Of a DNA stretch of 64,000 nucleotides, positions 53,246 to 63,482 are shown one piece after another (position 1 is the stretch's first letter; each line of letters starts with the position of its first letter). A program made the position numbers and the translations under genes. Origin of the DNA: a virus; the IMG/VR virus record IMGVR_UViG_3300005095_000173, positions 1-64,000 of that record; one strand, 5' to 3'. The notes under the pieces were generated by a model. That model made no database searches. It was not told where the DNA came from and saw only the letters and a list, made by a program, of their open reading frames with translations.

Positions 53246-56200
53246 CTATATCACCTCTACTGATTTATTAATGCTTCCGCCTCTTGAACTAATTAGCAAC
53301 TCATTACCTAAGTATTTAGATACAACTTGTGCTAATACAGCACCATCTAACATTATTGTTTGTTTTGAAGTCAATTCTAGATTAAAGTTAACTTCAGCAG
53401 TTTTGTCTAGATCATATAGTTTTTCAAACATTTTCTGGCTAGATTTTGGTTCTAGTTCATTAAGGTTTCCACCATAATTATTTGGAAGAATATTTGTTAG
53501 TGATAATAATACACCATTTCCAAGTAATCCTAATATTCTTTCAATTAGTGAATTTGTTGTTTCATATTCACCTGTTACATCTTTCTTTGACTCATAAGGT
53601 TCAATAGGCAATTTAGATGTGTCAACTGCTTCTTTCTTAGGAACTAAAATGAAATCTGAAGGCATTCTATCCCATTCAGGTATTCCAGATAATTCAGATA
53701 AAGCATTTTCTATCTCAGCATTATCTTTCTGAACCTCTTTTACTACAGTTTCAGTATCAGTGCTTGTAGCAGAAACGTTTGGAAGTCCACCACCTCCACC
53801 TTGTGCATTGAACTGCATTGCCCAAGCCTGATATGGAACATAGAAACTTGAACCTTGTGGTAGATTATAAATACCATCAAGCTGTTTCTGTTCTATCTCC
53901 AACATCTTATTTAATGCCATTTGAATAGCAAGATTATCAGCATGCAATACATCCGTAACATAATCTTGATAGATTATACCAACATCCTGTGGGTTTAATT
54001 TATATTCTGGAAAGTTTGTTTTCAAATAATTCTCAAAATAAGTTACTAGTGATTGAAACTCTCCAGCTCTTGCAGAAGTAAAATCAACGCTCTGAATATT
54101 GAACTGGCTTGTTGAGGAAGTTTTTATCTTCCCCATATCTTCCATTTCTTGAATTGAAGAATCCCAAGCCCAGCGTTCAATTCCTTTTAGTCTTAATAGG
54201 CCATCATTGAACTCAGCAAACATGTCTTGAAGATTATTTACATAGGCAATCCACTCATCCATTGTAAGAGCGCCAACTTCTTCTAGCTTCTTACCTTTCT
54301 CCTCCATTTTCTTCTTTGCTAGTTCGTATGCTTCCATAGCCTGTTCTTCTGTAAGATCGGTAGCTTTGATTATTTGAGGAGATTTAAAGTTTCTTACATG
54401 AATATTTTCTAGTGTTCTATTTGTATAGTCAATTACTTGTTGTTTCAGGTCTTTCTCCTGCATTTTTAGTTCCACAGGTATAGAAAGTCCTTGTTTATTC
54501 ATTTCCAGAATTTTATTTTCTACTTCTTCGAGCTCTCCAATTAGAGTTGTAAGACCTTCCTTCTCGTCTTCAGTTCCTTTGATATATACTTCAGACAATT
54601 TCTTCAAACCTTCCATTGAGGTCTTTGTATCAAATCCAACTTGCTTTAGTTGATCACCTAAAACTGTGTAGTAGAAAGGAAGGCTTTCAGATAGATTTGA
54701 AATACTTTCTAATTCTTTCTTATACTGAGCAGCACTAATAGTTCCAGCGTTGAAGGCTTGCTTAGTCTCTTTTTCTAATTCAGCAGTAAGAGAACTAAAC
54801 TCTTTACTATTAGCATCTTTAGTTATACGAGCTTTTACTTCAAGTTCAGTTTGTGGGTTCTCTATTCGTATTTTATCTGACTTGAATTCAGAAGATTCAA
54901 CTCTTGCGGCCTCCAATACCTCTAAAGCAAGTCTTTGTTTTTCCTCGCCAAAAGCACCTTGAGCAGCAAGATCTAATAGACCATATCTGTAACTTCCACC
55001 AGCATTCCATTTTCTTACTAAGTCTTCATCTCCGAATAATTTACCAAAAGTATTTACGCTGAGTTGAAGTGTCTTACCTAACAATCTAGTTCCAAAACTG
55101 TCGAAAAATTTTTCTTCGGCAGATTTAGCAGAATCTTTGGAAGTTTCTTCTTCTTGTTTATTTTTATCAGATAAGTAATTCTGATATTCAGCTATTGATT
55201 CAGCAATACTCTTACCTTGTTCATTTACAGTCTTTACAAAAGCATTACCAATAGCAGAGCCAGCACTCATTAGAATTGGGGCGGCTTCTGGAGACCCAAA
55301 AGCAAATGCTAACAGTGCTCCAGCTCCCATTCCAACCGTACTACCAATTGCTTGTTCTTTTTGATACTCATCCCCTGTAGCATACTGATAAGCATTACCA
55401 GCTAATAATGCTGCTCCAGTTACCCCAGTCATTACCATGTTTGGAGTAATCTTATATTTTGGCTGTTCAACCCAACCTTCAGACGTATATACCTTACCAG
55501 AAGTTCCAAATCTTTTTCCAAGATAAGAATTCAAAGGAGCAACAAATCCACCAAGTCTACCGCTTCTATTTAAATACCCTAGCATGGGAAGCAAGGTCAT
55601 CATTGCTACCCCAGCTTTACCTGTATAACTTACAAATGAATCCATAAGTTTTACAATTTCTGTTAGGGCGTCCGTCATCAATGTAAATAGACTTAATACC
55701 CCACCATCATCCCCCATTGTTTCAGCCAAAACTTGAAACGCATTACTTAATTCTACAATTGAAGACTTGGCCGTTTGAAGTTTTGTATCTAATGCTTTTT
55801 GAGATTCTCCAAAAGCGGCTGAAGAAACTTCTGCTGTTTGTAATGCTTTTCCATATTGAGTAACCATTGTAATAAATGGAGCAGATCTTCTTGAACCACC
55901 AGCTAAAGTTCTTGATAGTTCCTTTAATTTATCATCACTTATCAACCCAGCAGAGTATTTTGAAGCAATCTCATCAAGAATATCAGAGAAGTCTCTAAAC
56001 TCACCTGTTGTAAGATTTCTTACTGAAATGCCAAGTTCATTTAGTTGTCTTTGTGCTTCATCAGTTTGTATATTTGAAATGAAAGTTCTTAGAATGTTAC
56101 CAACTTCTTTACCAGAATATGTGGTTGATTCAACTAGAGTTGCTATAATACCATTTAGTTTATCAATATCAAAACCTGAATTTATAGCCGCTGAACCTAC

Positions 56201-58999
56201 GACAGAGTATGCTTCAGCAAGATCATTTATTCCTACCTGTGAGTTCTTACTGACAGCAATCCATTTATCTAGAATCTCTGTTGATTTATCTAGTGGAATA
56301 TTAGCTTGTCTTAGAGCACCTACAAGAATATCTATTGCTTCTGCCTGATCAATCGCCGCTAACTTAGATAAAGTAAGAGAAGATTTTAGTAAATCAAGTG
56401 CTACTGAAGTTCTCTTTGCTTGATCGCCCAGTCCAGCAGTAGAGCGATATGCCGCTGAGAATCCTTCCAAGGCTTCATTTAATGGTGTAGCAGTAGAGCT
56501 TGCAACCTCGGCTACATCTCTAAATACTCCCCCCATATCTTTCATTTCCATATTTAGACCAATAGCAATATCAGCAAGCTTCGACTGATTATCAATAGAA
56601 GTTTCAAGTAATTCATTTAGTTTTTGAAGTGGTGCGTAAGTTAGCTGAATTGCTACTGCCCATTTAGCGGCCTCCATTGTATTACGCATTACTCCATCTA
56701 AGAAGCCTTGGTATTTTCTTTGTACATCTCTAAGAACATTACCATATTTATCAATAGCAACTGTGAGCGTCTTTAACTCCCCAGCTTCCCCACGCATTGC
56801 AAAAGTAAGTCTTGTTATTCCAGTAGAAGCCTCAATGTGTACTTTCTTTAGATGCTCAAGTCTATATCCATACTCTTCTGCTTTTTTAATCGCTGGGTCG
56901 TAGGCTTCTGCAATAAACTTCATGTCTTGCTCAGAAAAACCTTTTCCACCCAAATCCTGTTTACTATAACCAACTCTTCCAGCCTCATCAGTAAACAGAG
57001 ACATTTCTTTTATATTTCCGTTATAATCTTTTATAGCAAATACTAATTCTGTAATACCAGTCTTTTCATCTTTTATTACTTTAGTAAGATTTGATAAACC
57101 AGCTCCAAATTGTTCAGCTGCATCAAATGCTTGCTTATAAGTATAAGCTAATTGCATTGTTTCTTCTGCACTTAATTGAGAAGCCAGTCTATAATCATCA
57201 ACTATTCTTCCTTGAGCATCACCATATAGTTTTCTAGTTACATTTCTTCCAGCTTCTTCATCATAAGCACTAAACTGAATCTCAGTAATATTACCACGTT
57301 TATTTATCTTAGTAATATTTTCTAGAGTTGCACCATACTTCTCAAGCTCAGAGTTTAAATCTCTGTATTTATTTGCTAGAGCCTCAAGAGAAGAAGTTGG
57401 TATTTGGTTTTTCATCCCTCTAAGAGTAGTACTTACTCTGTCTAGATTATCAGCGTATAGAGTAAGTTTACCAAGGTCTTGATTATTTAATGTTACTTTT
57501 ACAACATTACCACCCTCGAGCTTTTCTATCTTCTTTATATCTTCAAGACTGTATCCATAATCAAAAACCTTTTGTCTTAGTTTTTGATACTCAGCCGCAA
57601 GGGCACCAATTTCATCTCTAGAAACTCTTGATACATTATTTAGGTTCTCTTGAACTTTACCTAGTTTATCAATATATACAGTAAGTTTCTGTACTTCTCC
57701 ATTTACTTCTTTATACCCAGAAACTTTGAATATCCCATCATTTAATTTTCGTATACTTAGAGTATTTGTGTTTCCAAAAGTATTGAATAGTTGAGAATCA
57801 ATATTTGGATAAGCAGATTTCATTTCATTATAATAAGCACGTGACTGCTCATCCATTTTATTTTTACTTCTATCTACTACTCTACCATTTTCGTCTAGAC
57901 TTAGATTTAGTTTTTCTATTACACCATTAGCATCCTTAGCCACAAATGAAAATTCAGTTACACCCTTTGCTGCATCTTTATATGCTTTACGTAAATTCTC
58001 TACTGTAAGGTTATGTTGTTCTACAAATTTATTTAATTCTGGGTATGTCTTAAGTAAATTATTGAATTGTTCTGGAGAGAATTGTTTCTCAAATTGTGCC
58101 TGTGTAAAACCATATCGTCCGCTTTGATCTACAAATACATCTTTTCTAAATCCAGACTTTTCATCACCAAGACGAACTTTGAGAACATCTTCTCCAAGAT
58201 CTGGTCTTTTAGAATAAGATAGAATATTCTCTTCAGTTAGACTTAGAGATTCTAATACTTTTTGTAGGCTTTTGTATTTCTCAATTAGATCGTCAATTTC
58301 TGACTTTGATAGTTTGGAAGCATAAGCTAAGTTATTATGTGCATTTCCAAGTTTGTCAATATAGAATGCAACCTTCTTAGCTTCTTGGCCTTCTTCGCCA
58401 ATTTGCTCAGCTACAACCCTATAAATTCCATTACCAACATGTTTTGGCTCTTCAAGAATTTGTGATATATTATATTTTTCTTTTAACTTATTCATTATAC
58501 CAGGAATTTTTCTTTCCAATTCCTGGGCATAAACATCAAAATCATCAATTCCTTGATTTGGGTTTGTTATCTCAATTATTTCCTGTGGCCTACCTTTAGC
58601 ACCGATATTCCTCAAACCCTTTTCAAGATCATCTAATTCTTTTTTACTTTTAGTAGCTGCGTCAATAAGAGACTGTAATACATCACCTGTTACTTTTGTT
58701 TTTGAAAGTCGTTCTGTATCTGTAAGAACTTCTTTTAAAGCAGTAGATACAGTAGTCAAATCAGCTACTGTTTCTTTAGAAATATTTAATATTGGTTGGT
58801 CGCCGCTGGATAATTTTTGGATAGTAGCAACATAATGATCTAACATTGAAATAAAATTCTTCAGTCCTTTTTCAGACGAAGTAAAACTCTTTGCCATATT
58901 TGCTAGGCTATTAGTTAGATCATATATTGCTGGATTTACTTTCTCAACGGCGGCAGCTATTTCATTTAGAATAGAAACAAATTGTTCTAATTCATTCAT
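53246..58999 (-). CDS. tail tape measure protein
   Basis: 1917 aa, TP901-like core (SGKEVGNILRT, GEFRDFSDILDEIA); follows chaperones. Confidence 0.9.
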   Translation of the reverse strand: MNELEQFVSILNEIAAAVEKVNPAIYDLTNSLANMAKSFTSSEKGLKNFISMLDHYVATIQKLSSGDQPILNISKETVADLTTVSTALKEVLTDTERLSKTKVTGDVLQSLIDAATKSKKELDDLEKGLRNIGAKGRPQEIIEITNPNQGIDDFDVYAQELERKIPGIMNKLKEKYNISQILEEPKHVGNGIYRVVAEQIGEEGQEAKKVAFYIDKLGNAHNNLAYASKLSKSEIDDLIEKYKSLQKVLESLSLTEENILSYSKRPDLGEDVLKVRLGDEKSGFRKDVFVDQSGRYGFTQAQFEKQFSPEQFNNLLKTYPELNKFVEQHNLTVENLRKAYKDAAKGVTEFSFVAKDANGVIEKLNLSLDENGRVVDRSKNKMDEQSRAYYNEMKSAYPNIDSQLFNTFGNTNTLSIRKLNDGIFKVSGYKEVNGEVQKLTVYIDKLGKVQENLNNVSRVSRDEIGALAAEYQKLRQKVFDYGYSLEDIKKIEKLEGGNVVKVTLNNQDLGKLTLYADNLDRVSTTLRGMKNQIPTSSLEALANKYRDLNSELEKYGATLENITKINKRGNITEIQFSAYDEEAGRNVTRKLYGDAQGRIVDDYRLASQLSAEETMQLAYTYKQAFDAAEQFGAGLSNLTKVIKDEKTGITELVFAIKDYNGNIKEMSLFTDEAGRVGYSKQDLGGKGFSEQDMKFIAEAYDPAIKKAEEYGYRLEHLKKVHIEASTGITRLTFAMRGEAGELKTLTVAIDKYGNVLRDVQRKYQGFLDGVMRNTMEAAKWAVAIQLTYAPLQKLNELLETSIDNQSKLADIAIGLNMEMKDMGGVFRDVAEVASSTATPLNEALEGFSAAYRSTAGLGDQAKRTSVALDLLKSSLTLSKLAAIDQAEAIDILVGALRQANIPLDKSTEILDKWIAVSKNSQVGINDLAEAYSVVGSAAINSGFDIDKLNGIIATLVESTTYSGKEVGNILRTFISNIQTDEAQRQLNELGISVRNLTTGEFRDFSDILDEIASKYSAGLISDDKLKELSRTLAGGSRRSAPFITMVTQYGKALQTAEVSSAAFGESQKALDTKLQTAKSSIVELSNAFQVLAETMGDDGGVLSLFTLMTDALTEIVKLMDSFVSYTGKAGVAMMTLLPMLGYLNRSGRLGGFVAPLNSYLGKRFGTSGKVYTSEGWVEQPKYKITPNMVMTGVTGAALLAGNAYQYATGDEYQKEQAIGSTVGMGAGALLAFAFGSPEAAPILMSAGSAIGNAFVKTVNEQGKSIAESIAEYQNYLSDKNKQEEETSKDSAKSAEEKFFDSFGTRLLGKTLQLSVNTFGKLFGDEDLVRKWNAGGSYRYGLLDLAAQGAFGEEKQRLALEVLEAARVESSEFKSDKIRIENPQTELEVKARITKDANSKEFSSLTAELEKETKQAFNAGTISAAQYKKELESISNLSESLPFYYTVLGDQLKQVGFDTKTSMEGLKKLSEVYIKGTEDEKEGLTTLIGELEEVENKILEMNKQGLSIPVELKMQEKDLKQQVIDYTNRTLENIHVRNFKSPQIIKATDLTEEQAMEAYELAKKKMEEKGKKLEEVGALTMDEWIAYVNNLQDMFAEFNDGLLRLKGIERWAWDSSIQEMEDMGKIKTSSTSQFNIQSVDFTSARAGEFQSLVTYFENYLKTNFPEYKLNPQDVGIIYQDYVTDVLHADNLAIQMALNKMLEIEQKQLDGIYNLPQGSSFYVPYQAWAMQFNAQGGGGGLPNVSATSTDTETVVKEVQKDNAEIENALSELSGIPEWDRMPSDFILVPKKEAVDTSKLPIEPYESKKDVTGEYETTNSLIERILGLLGNGVLLSLTNILPNNYGGNLNELEPKSSQKMFEKLYDLDKTAEVNFNLELTSKQTIMLDGAVLAQVVSKYLGNELLISSRGGSINKSVEVI

Positions 59000-59002
59000 A
59001 GT

Positions 59003-59281
59003 TTACTCCACTAAATCTAAGTCTATAACAATTCCGTCATTTATGCTTTTATTTGCTTTCTTCTTTGTATTTTCAAATACAGTATCAAACCATTCATCTA
59101 TTTCTTTTGAAGTTCCATCCCAGATTAGTTTCTCTGGTGGTCGTTTTTCTTTTGGAAGTTCATTATATGAATCTACCTGCATTCTTTTTCTTAGAACATA
59201 AGATATTGTATATGGCATATAATTCATATCTTTTAGTTTTACATCTAAAGGATAGCGCAACGCTTTAGACACTGCCCACAT
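59003..59281 (-). CDS. tail assembly chaperone, frameshifted (T) part
   Basis: in the -1 frame of the upstream gene. Confidence 0.7.
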   Translation of the reverse strand: MWAVSKALRYPLDVKLKDMNYMPYTISYVLRKRMQVDSYNELPKEKRPPEKLIWDGTSKEIDEWFDTVFENTKKKANKSINDGIVIDLDLVE

Positions 59282-59286
59282 AGACG

Positions 59287-60015
59287 CTAAAGCGTTGCTC
59301 CTCGCAATTTTTTTAATTCCTCCATAGGAATATCTATTGCCATATATGCAGATATAAATTGATCTCTAATTTTTACTGGTAACTGTGTTACTTGCTCTGG
59401 AGATTTGAAAACTCTCTTTGTATATTCTGGATCTTGAAATGTTCCATAATAAACACAAGCGTCAAGAAATCTTTCTTCTAACTCTTTGGAAACAACTACT
59501 TCTGTAACTCTATTTTCAAGAAGACGTTTTAGATCTTCCTTTGTCATCTTGCTTAATTCTAGACGACGCAGTTTTACTTCTGTATTCAATCTTTCATTTA
59601 TTGCTTCAGCTAATTTCTTTGGATATTCATCAATTTGTTTCTGATACTCTACCCACTCAATTGTACTTGCGTCTTCATCAGGTTCTTTTGGAAATGGAAC
59701 ATTAGTTTCACGAGTTGCTATTTTCTGAAGATTAGGAAGTTCATACATCAATATCATATTTATAATATCTTCTTTTTTAGCTTTATTTATATTTGGCATA
59801 TATGCTGTATGTAAGTCAGAGTTCTTTCTATATAATTCTTCTTTAATGATGTTTGCTTTTCTAAGAGCATACACCCGTGCTTTATTCATTTCTTCATCAG
59901 ATACAACCCGCACATATACATCCATAGAATTTCCACCAGGTAATGTTATCGTGAACACATCTCCCCAGTGAAATAATTTTGTAACATCAACATCATTCTT
60001 TTCTGGTGTTATCAT
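59287..60015 (-). CDS. tail assembly chaperone (G)
   Basis: between tail tube and TMP; GAGGAGG RBS before ATG 60015. Confidence 0.75.
   Translation of the reverse strand: MITPEKNDVDVTKLFHWGDVFTITLPGGNSMDVYVRVVSDEEMNKARVYALRKANIIKEELYRKNSDLHTAYMPNINKAKKEDIINMILMYELPNLQKIATRETNVPFPKEPDEDASTIEWVEYQKQIDEYPKKLAEAINERLNTEVKLRRLELSKMTKEDLKRLLENRVTEVVVSKELEERFLDACVYYGTFQDPEYTKRVFKSPEQVTQLPVKIRDQFISAYMAIDIPMEELKKLRGATL
59308..59314 (-). other. -1 ribosomal frameshift slippery site A AAA AAA
   Basis: -1 frame is open into ORF 59003..59281. Confidence 0.7.
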
Positions 60016-60120
60016 TTTTCCTTTCCTCCTCATAAGTTTAATTAAATAGAGGCTAACACACATAGACATTACTTGCGTGTTAGCCCCTCAAAAAATCCCT
60101 TAATGCTAATCTATGATATT

Positions 60121-61326
60121 TTATTCACGAGCACCACTGTAAACAATTACTTTGGCATCGGTGGAGCGGAATTGAAATTCAACCACACCGTTCTCGTTTA
60201 CATTATAAGTATTGGTATCACCAACAATTTCAATACTTGGTAAGTAGTAAGTCTTTAGAACAGTACCACTTGCAGTAGTATCGCATGGGTCGTAAAGTTT
60301 TATTTCTAGATCTAGACCAGCGGCAGAACAACCTTCACCTACGCTCCACTCAACATCACCAGAGTTTACACTACCAGATAATAGCAGGTCAATTAATTCA
60401 GTATCAGTATCAAGTACACGAATTCTACCATCTACTGAAGGAACCTGTCGTTGATAACCAACAACAGAACGAGTACCCATTTCACGTACTTCTTGTACCT
60501 GCATGTTACCATTAATTGTAACTGATTGTACTCTTGGAATATTATTGGAGCTAATTACGATGCCAATATCGCCACCTTTAATTGCAGCGGGCATTGTGTC
60601 ATCACTAATATCAACCCAGTTATCGCCAGAAGGATCTGCACGATAAACAATTAGAATTTGTGAAGTTAGCGCATCGTAAGTATTTACAGTATTGTTTGAA
60701 CTGTCGTAACTGTACTCACCTGGATTCATATTAGCAGGATCATCTGCCTTTACTAGATAAGTACCATCAAGAATTACTGATAGAATATAATCGCCATTCT
60801 TTAGTTGAGTTGGTGTTTCACTTAGTGCAAATGAAGTAGCACCAACATCAGTAAACTTATCTACGATAACATCATTCTTGAAATACCGCTTTTCAGAGCC
60901 AACAGCAGTGTAACTTTCTTCAGCTTCACCATCTACTGAGAAGTTATAAGTGAAGTCACGAATCTGCATTCTCTTGGTGTGAATGCTCTTTACATAATCG
61001 CTTTCACGAGCATCTTTAATATAGAGAATAAAATCAGCTTCACCAAGTTCCTGTGTAGATACACCTTCAGCTGGATAGTTATTTGCATCAACGCCAGTTA
61101 GTACTGAAAATAGTTTAATGCCAGTATCCAGTACAGTAAAGCTGAAAGTAGAGGTTTTAGGATCCTTTGAAATACCAGCGTGGTTTGGATTACCTAATTC
61201 GTCTACATCATTTACAGGAACATTTTCTTCAGCAGATACACGCTGAACTCTTGGAATGAAAGCAGCGTCACGAGGCCCAACAATTCGTAAGGCAACCTCT
61301 TTAGAGGCAACTGCTAATCTTGTCAT
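60121..61326 (-). CDS. major tail tube protein
   Basis: position; acidic, beta-rich, two tube-like halves (IPRVQRVS / IPRVQSVT). Confidence 0.75.
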   Translation of the reverse strand: MTRLAVASKEVALRIVGPRDAAFIPRVQRVSAEENVPVNDVDELGNPNHAGISKDPKTSTFSFTVLDTGIKLFSVLTGVDANNYPAEGVSTQELGEADFILYIKDARESDYVKSIHTKRMQIRDFTYNFSVDGEAEESYTAVGSEKRYFKNDVIVDKFTDVGATSFALSETPTQLKNGDYILSVILDGTYLVKADDPANMNPGEYSYDSSNNTVNTYDALTSQILIVYRADPSGDNWVDISDDTMPAAIKGGDIGIVISSNNIPRVQSVTINGNMQVQEVREMGTRSVVGYQRQVPSVDGRIRVLDTDTELIDLLLSGSVNSGDVEWSVGEGCSAAGLDLEIKLYDPCDTTASGTVLKTYYLPSIEIVGDTNTYNVNENGVVEFQFRSTDAKVIVYSGARE

Positions 61327-61338
61327 TTCATTTCCTCC

Positions 61339-61800
61339 TTAGTCACTCTTATAAGTTGCAGAATAGTAAATATCTGCAATTCTATATAACATACTAACCT
61401 GGCTTGGATCGATTTGAGGAATTTTTATTGATACACGTTTTGGTTCAAGGCACCCAATTTGATCTGGGTCTACATCTGGTGGAAATCCTTGATTATAATC
61501 ATATACAGGAACTTTATTCTTGAATAAATTGCCACCAACTAAATATGCTAAGTGGTCTCTTTGGGTTTTATTCTTAGCATAAACATAAATGATCCAGCCT
61601 CTTGTTACTATGCTAACATTCGTTCCTAACTCTAGTCTGTTAAATTCAGCAGTTCTATTTTCAACTGCGATTATTGGAATATCTTTTTCGGTTATTGGTT
61701 TTTCTGGAAATCCATCAACAACCTTTACTGAATCAGGAACTATTTCTTTTATGTAATTAACTACAGAAATATCTTGTAGTCTTTCCACCAACATTGTCAT
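61339..61800 (-). CDS. tail terminator/completion protein
   Basis: DGFP..P.IAVE...ELG...IYVYA.NK.QRD.L. Confidence 0.7.
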   Translation of the reverse strand: MTMLVERLQDISVVNYIKEIVPDSVKVVDGFPEKPITEKDIPIIAVENRTAEFNRLELGTNVSIVTRGWIIYVYAKNKTQRDHLAYLVGGNLFKNKVPVYDYNQGFPPDVDPDQIGCLEPKRVSIKIPQIDPSQVSMLYRIADIYYSATYKSD

Positions 61801-62804
61801 AATCGTTTCCTTCCATTTCTTTGGAGAGAGTATCTCAGTCCTAATTTCCCGCTTTTGGTTTTGACAACCTCATAATATCTCTCTCCTATATTAATTATAA
61901 CACCAATAGACTTATTTATGTTAGTTCTTGCTCCTCTAGAAGCAATATTCTCTAGTTCATCAACTGTAACTTTCTCTAAAGCTTTAGATAAACTATCAGT
62001 TAGTTGTATTCCATATTTACTAAATATTACATCTAATGAATTTTTATACTCATCATAAGCTTTTCTGAAAATAGAATCAATAATAGAGGATAATGCTTCT
62101 GTTAACCTATCTGCAAGCTCTACTGTATAAATTCCCTTTGACCCATAACTTGGATGGGGGAAACCTCCCTCAGAGACGTCTCCCCACTGTCCACCACCAG
62201 TACCTTGCTCCAACGCAAAAATAAACGCGGCGGAATCAATAGGTAGTTCATCAAGTCTCATTTGAGCAGTTTCATCATACAAGTCAGAATCATATACTAC
62301 ATTTTTCCAGTATTCAGATCTTAGTTTTGGTAATATCTTCAAATACCCAGAATTATCTTTATACTTTGGATTTGGATCTTTTCTAACTCTATCTCTTACA
62401 GCTAGAATGGCTACTTTCCAGTCACTAAATGTACCAAGAGCATCATCAGCAATCTCTATAGAACTGAGTAAAGTTCCTGAAATTCCATCAGATAAAATAA
62501 TATCAAAATAAAATTCTCCAAGATCCATTACCTGTTCTATTCTGTATGGATACCCTTCATAGTGATCAAATTCAGTACCAGTAGCTAAATCTTTAAATAC
62601 TGACTTCCCTAACTCTTTCGTGAGCGTATATAATTTCTCATCAGGATCATTATATAAATATTCTATTGTTTTGTCTCTTGCGAGATTATATAGTGCAGTA
62701 TCAATATTGCCATCAATCTTTAATTTTGAGACTGATGGCAATACTTCTCTAGTAACAGCAGTTTCTATATCACTTAGTATCTTCTGAACTTCGGTAATCT
62801 TCAT
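61797..62804 (-). CDS. putative neck/morphogenesis protein
   Basis: position in head-tail joining module. Confidence 0.6.
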   Translation of the reverse strand: MKITEVQKILSDIETAVTREVLPSVSKLKIDGNIDTALYNLARDKTIEYLYNDPDEKLYTLTKELGKSVFKDLATGTEFDHYEGYPYRIEQVMDLGEFYFDIILSDGISGTLLSSIEIADDALGTFSDWKVAILAVRDRVRKDPNPKYKDNSGYLKILPKLRSEYWKNVVYDSDLYDETAQMRLDELPIDSAAFIFALEQGTGGGQWGDVSEGGFPHPSYGSKGIYTVELADRLTEALSSIIDSIFRKAYDEYKNSLDVIFSKYGIQLTDSLSKALEKVTVDELENIASRGARTNINKSIGVIINIGERYYEVVKTKSGKLGLRYSLQRNGRKRL

Positions 62805-63027
62805 CGTTTAGGAATACTCTCACAAGAGTTCTTGATAAATCATTGAATCCATCTAATATATATTTTCTGATTAATTTATATTTTTCATCTTCTGATAAAT
62901 TGTTGTCCTTTTGGACACGTTCAATATTATTCAATGTAATTTTGATGTATTGTCTATTTATTTTATCTATTGCGTTTATAAGCCCTAATACATCAATGCC
63001 TTGAATTGTGACTGAATAATTTCCCAT
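62770..63027 (-). CDS. hypothetical protein
   Basis: coupled ORF. Confidence 0.6.
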   Translation of the reverse strand: MGNYSVTIQGIDVLGLINAIDKINRQYIKITLNNIERVQKDNNLSEDEKYKLIRKYILDGFNDLSRTLVRVFLNDEDYRSSEDTK

Positions 63028-63030
63028 CCT

Positions 63031-63480
63031 TTAGTCCTCCTCTGATTCATATTCTTGAAGAACCAGAATAACTCTATTTATTTCTGGAACTCCTCTGTAA
63101 ATTGTTTTCTTCAATTCAAATTTATTTCCATCAACAAGAATGTATTTAGTTGAATCTAATATTTCTTCCATGTTCCCAGAGTATTCTATCTGAGCAGTAA
63201 CATCAGCATCCAATACTGTACCAGCAGGAAGCCAATCAACTTCTTGACCGCTTTTCCAAAATACGTGTGCTTTCTTAACAAGTCCGCTTTCAATTGGTAT
63301 CCAATAATTACCAGAACACACAGGACAAAATGGATCCGTAGAAGTATTATTCACTGGGTCAAGAGAACACACTGGGCATTCTGTAACTCCAGCACTGTAC
63401 ACAATAGTAATATCTCTACCGATTGCCTCTCTTATAGCGTTTATTACATCTCTTGTATTTGATGGAAATGTTATTCTCAT
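63031..63480 (-). CDS. head closure-like protein with Zn-binding insert
   Basis: IGRDITI, CPVC..DPFCPVCSG. Confidence 0.6.
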   Translation of the reverse strand: MRITFPSNTRDVINAIREAIGRDITIVYSAGVTECPVCSLDPVNNTSTDPFCPVCSGNYWIPIESGLVKKAHVFWKSGQEVDWLPAGTVLDADVTAQIEYSGNMEEILDSTKYILVDGNKFELKKTIYRGVPEINRVILVLQEYESEED

Positions 63481-63482
63481 TT

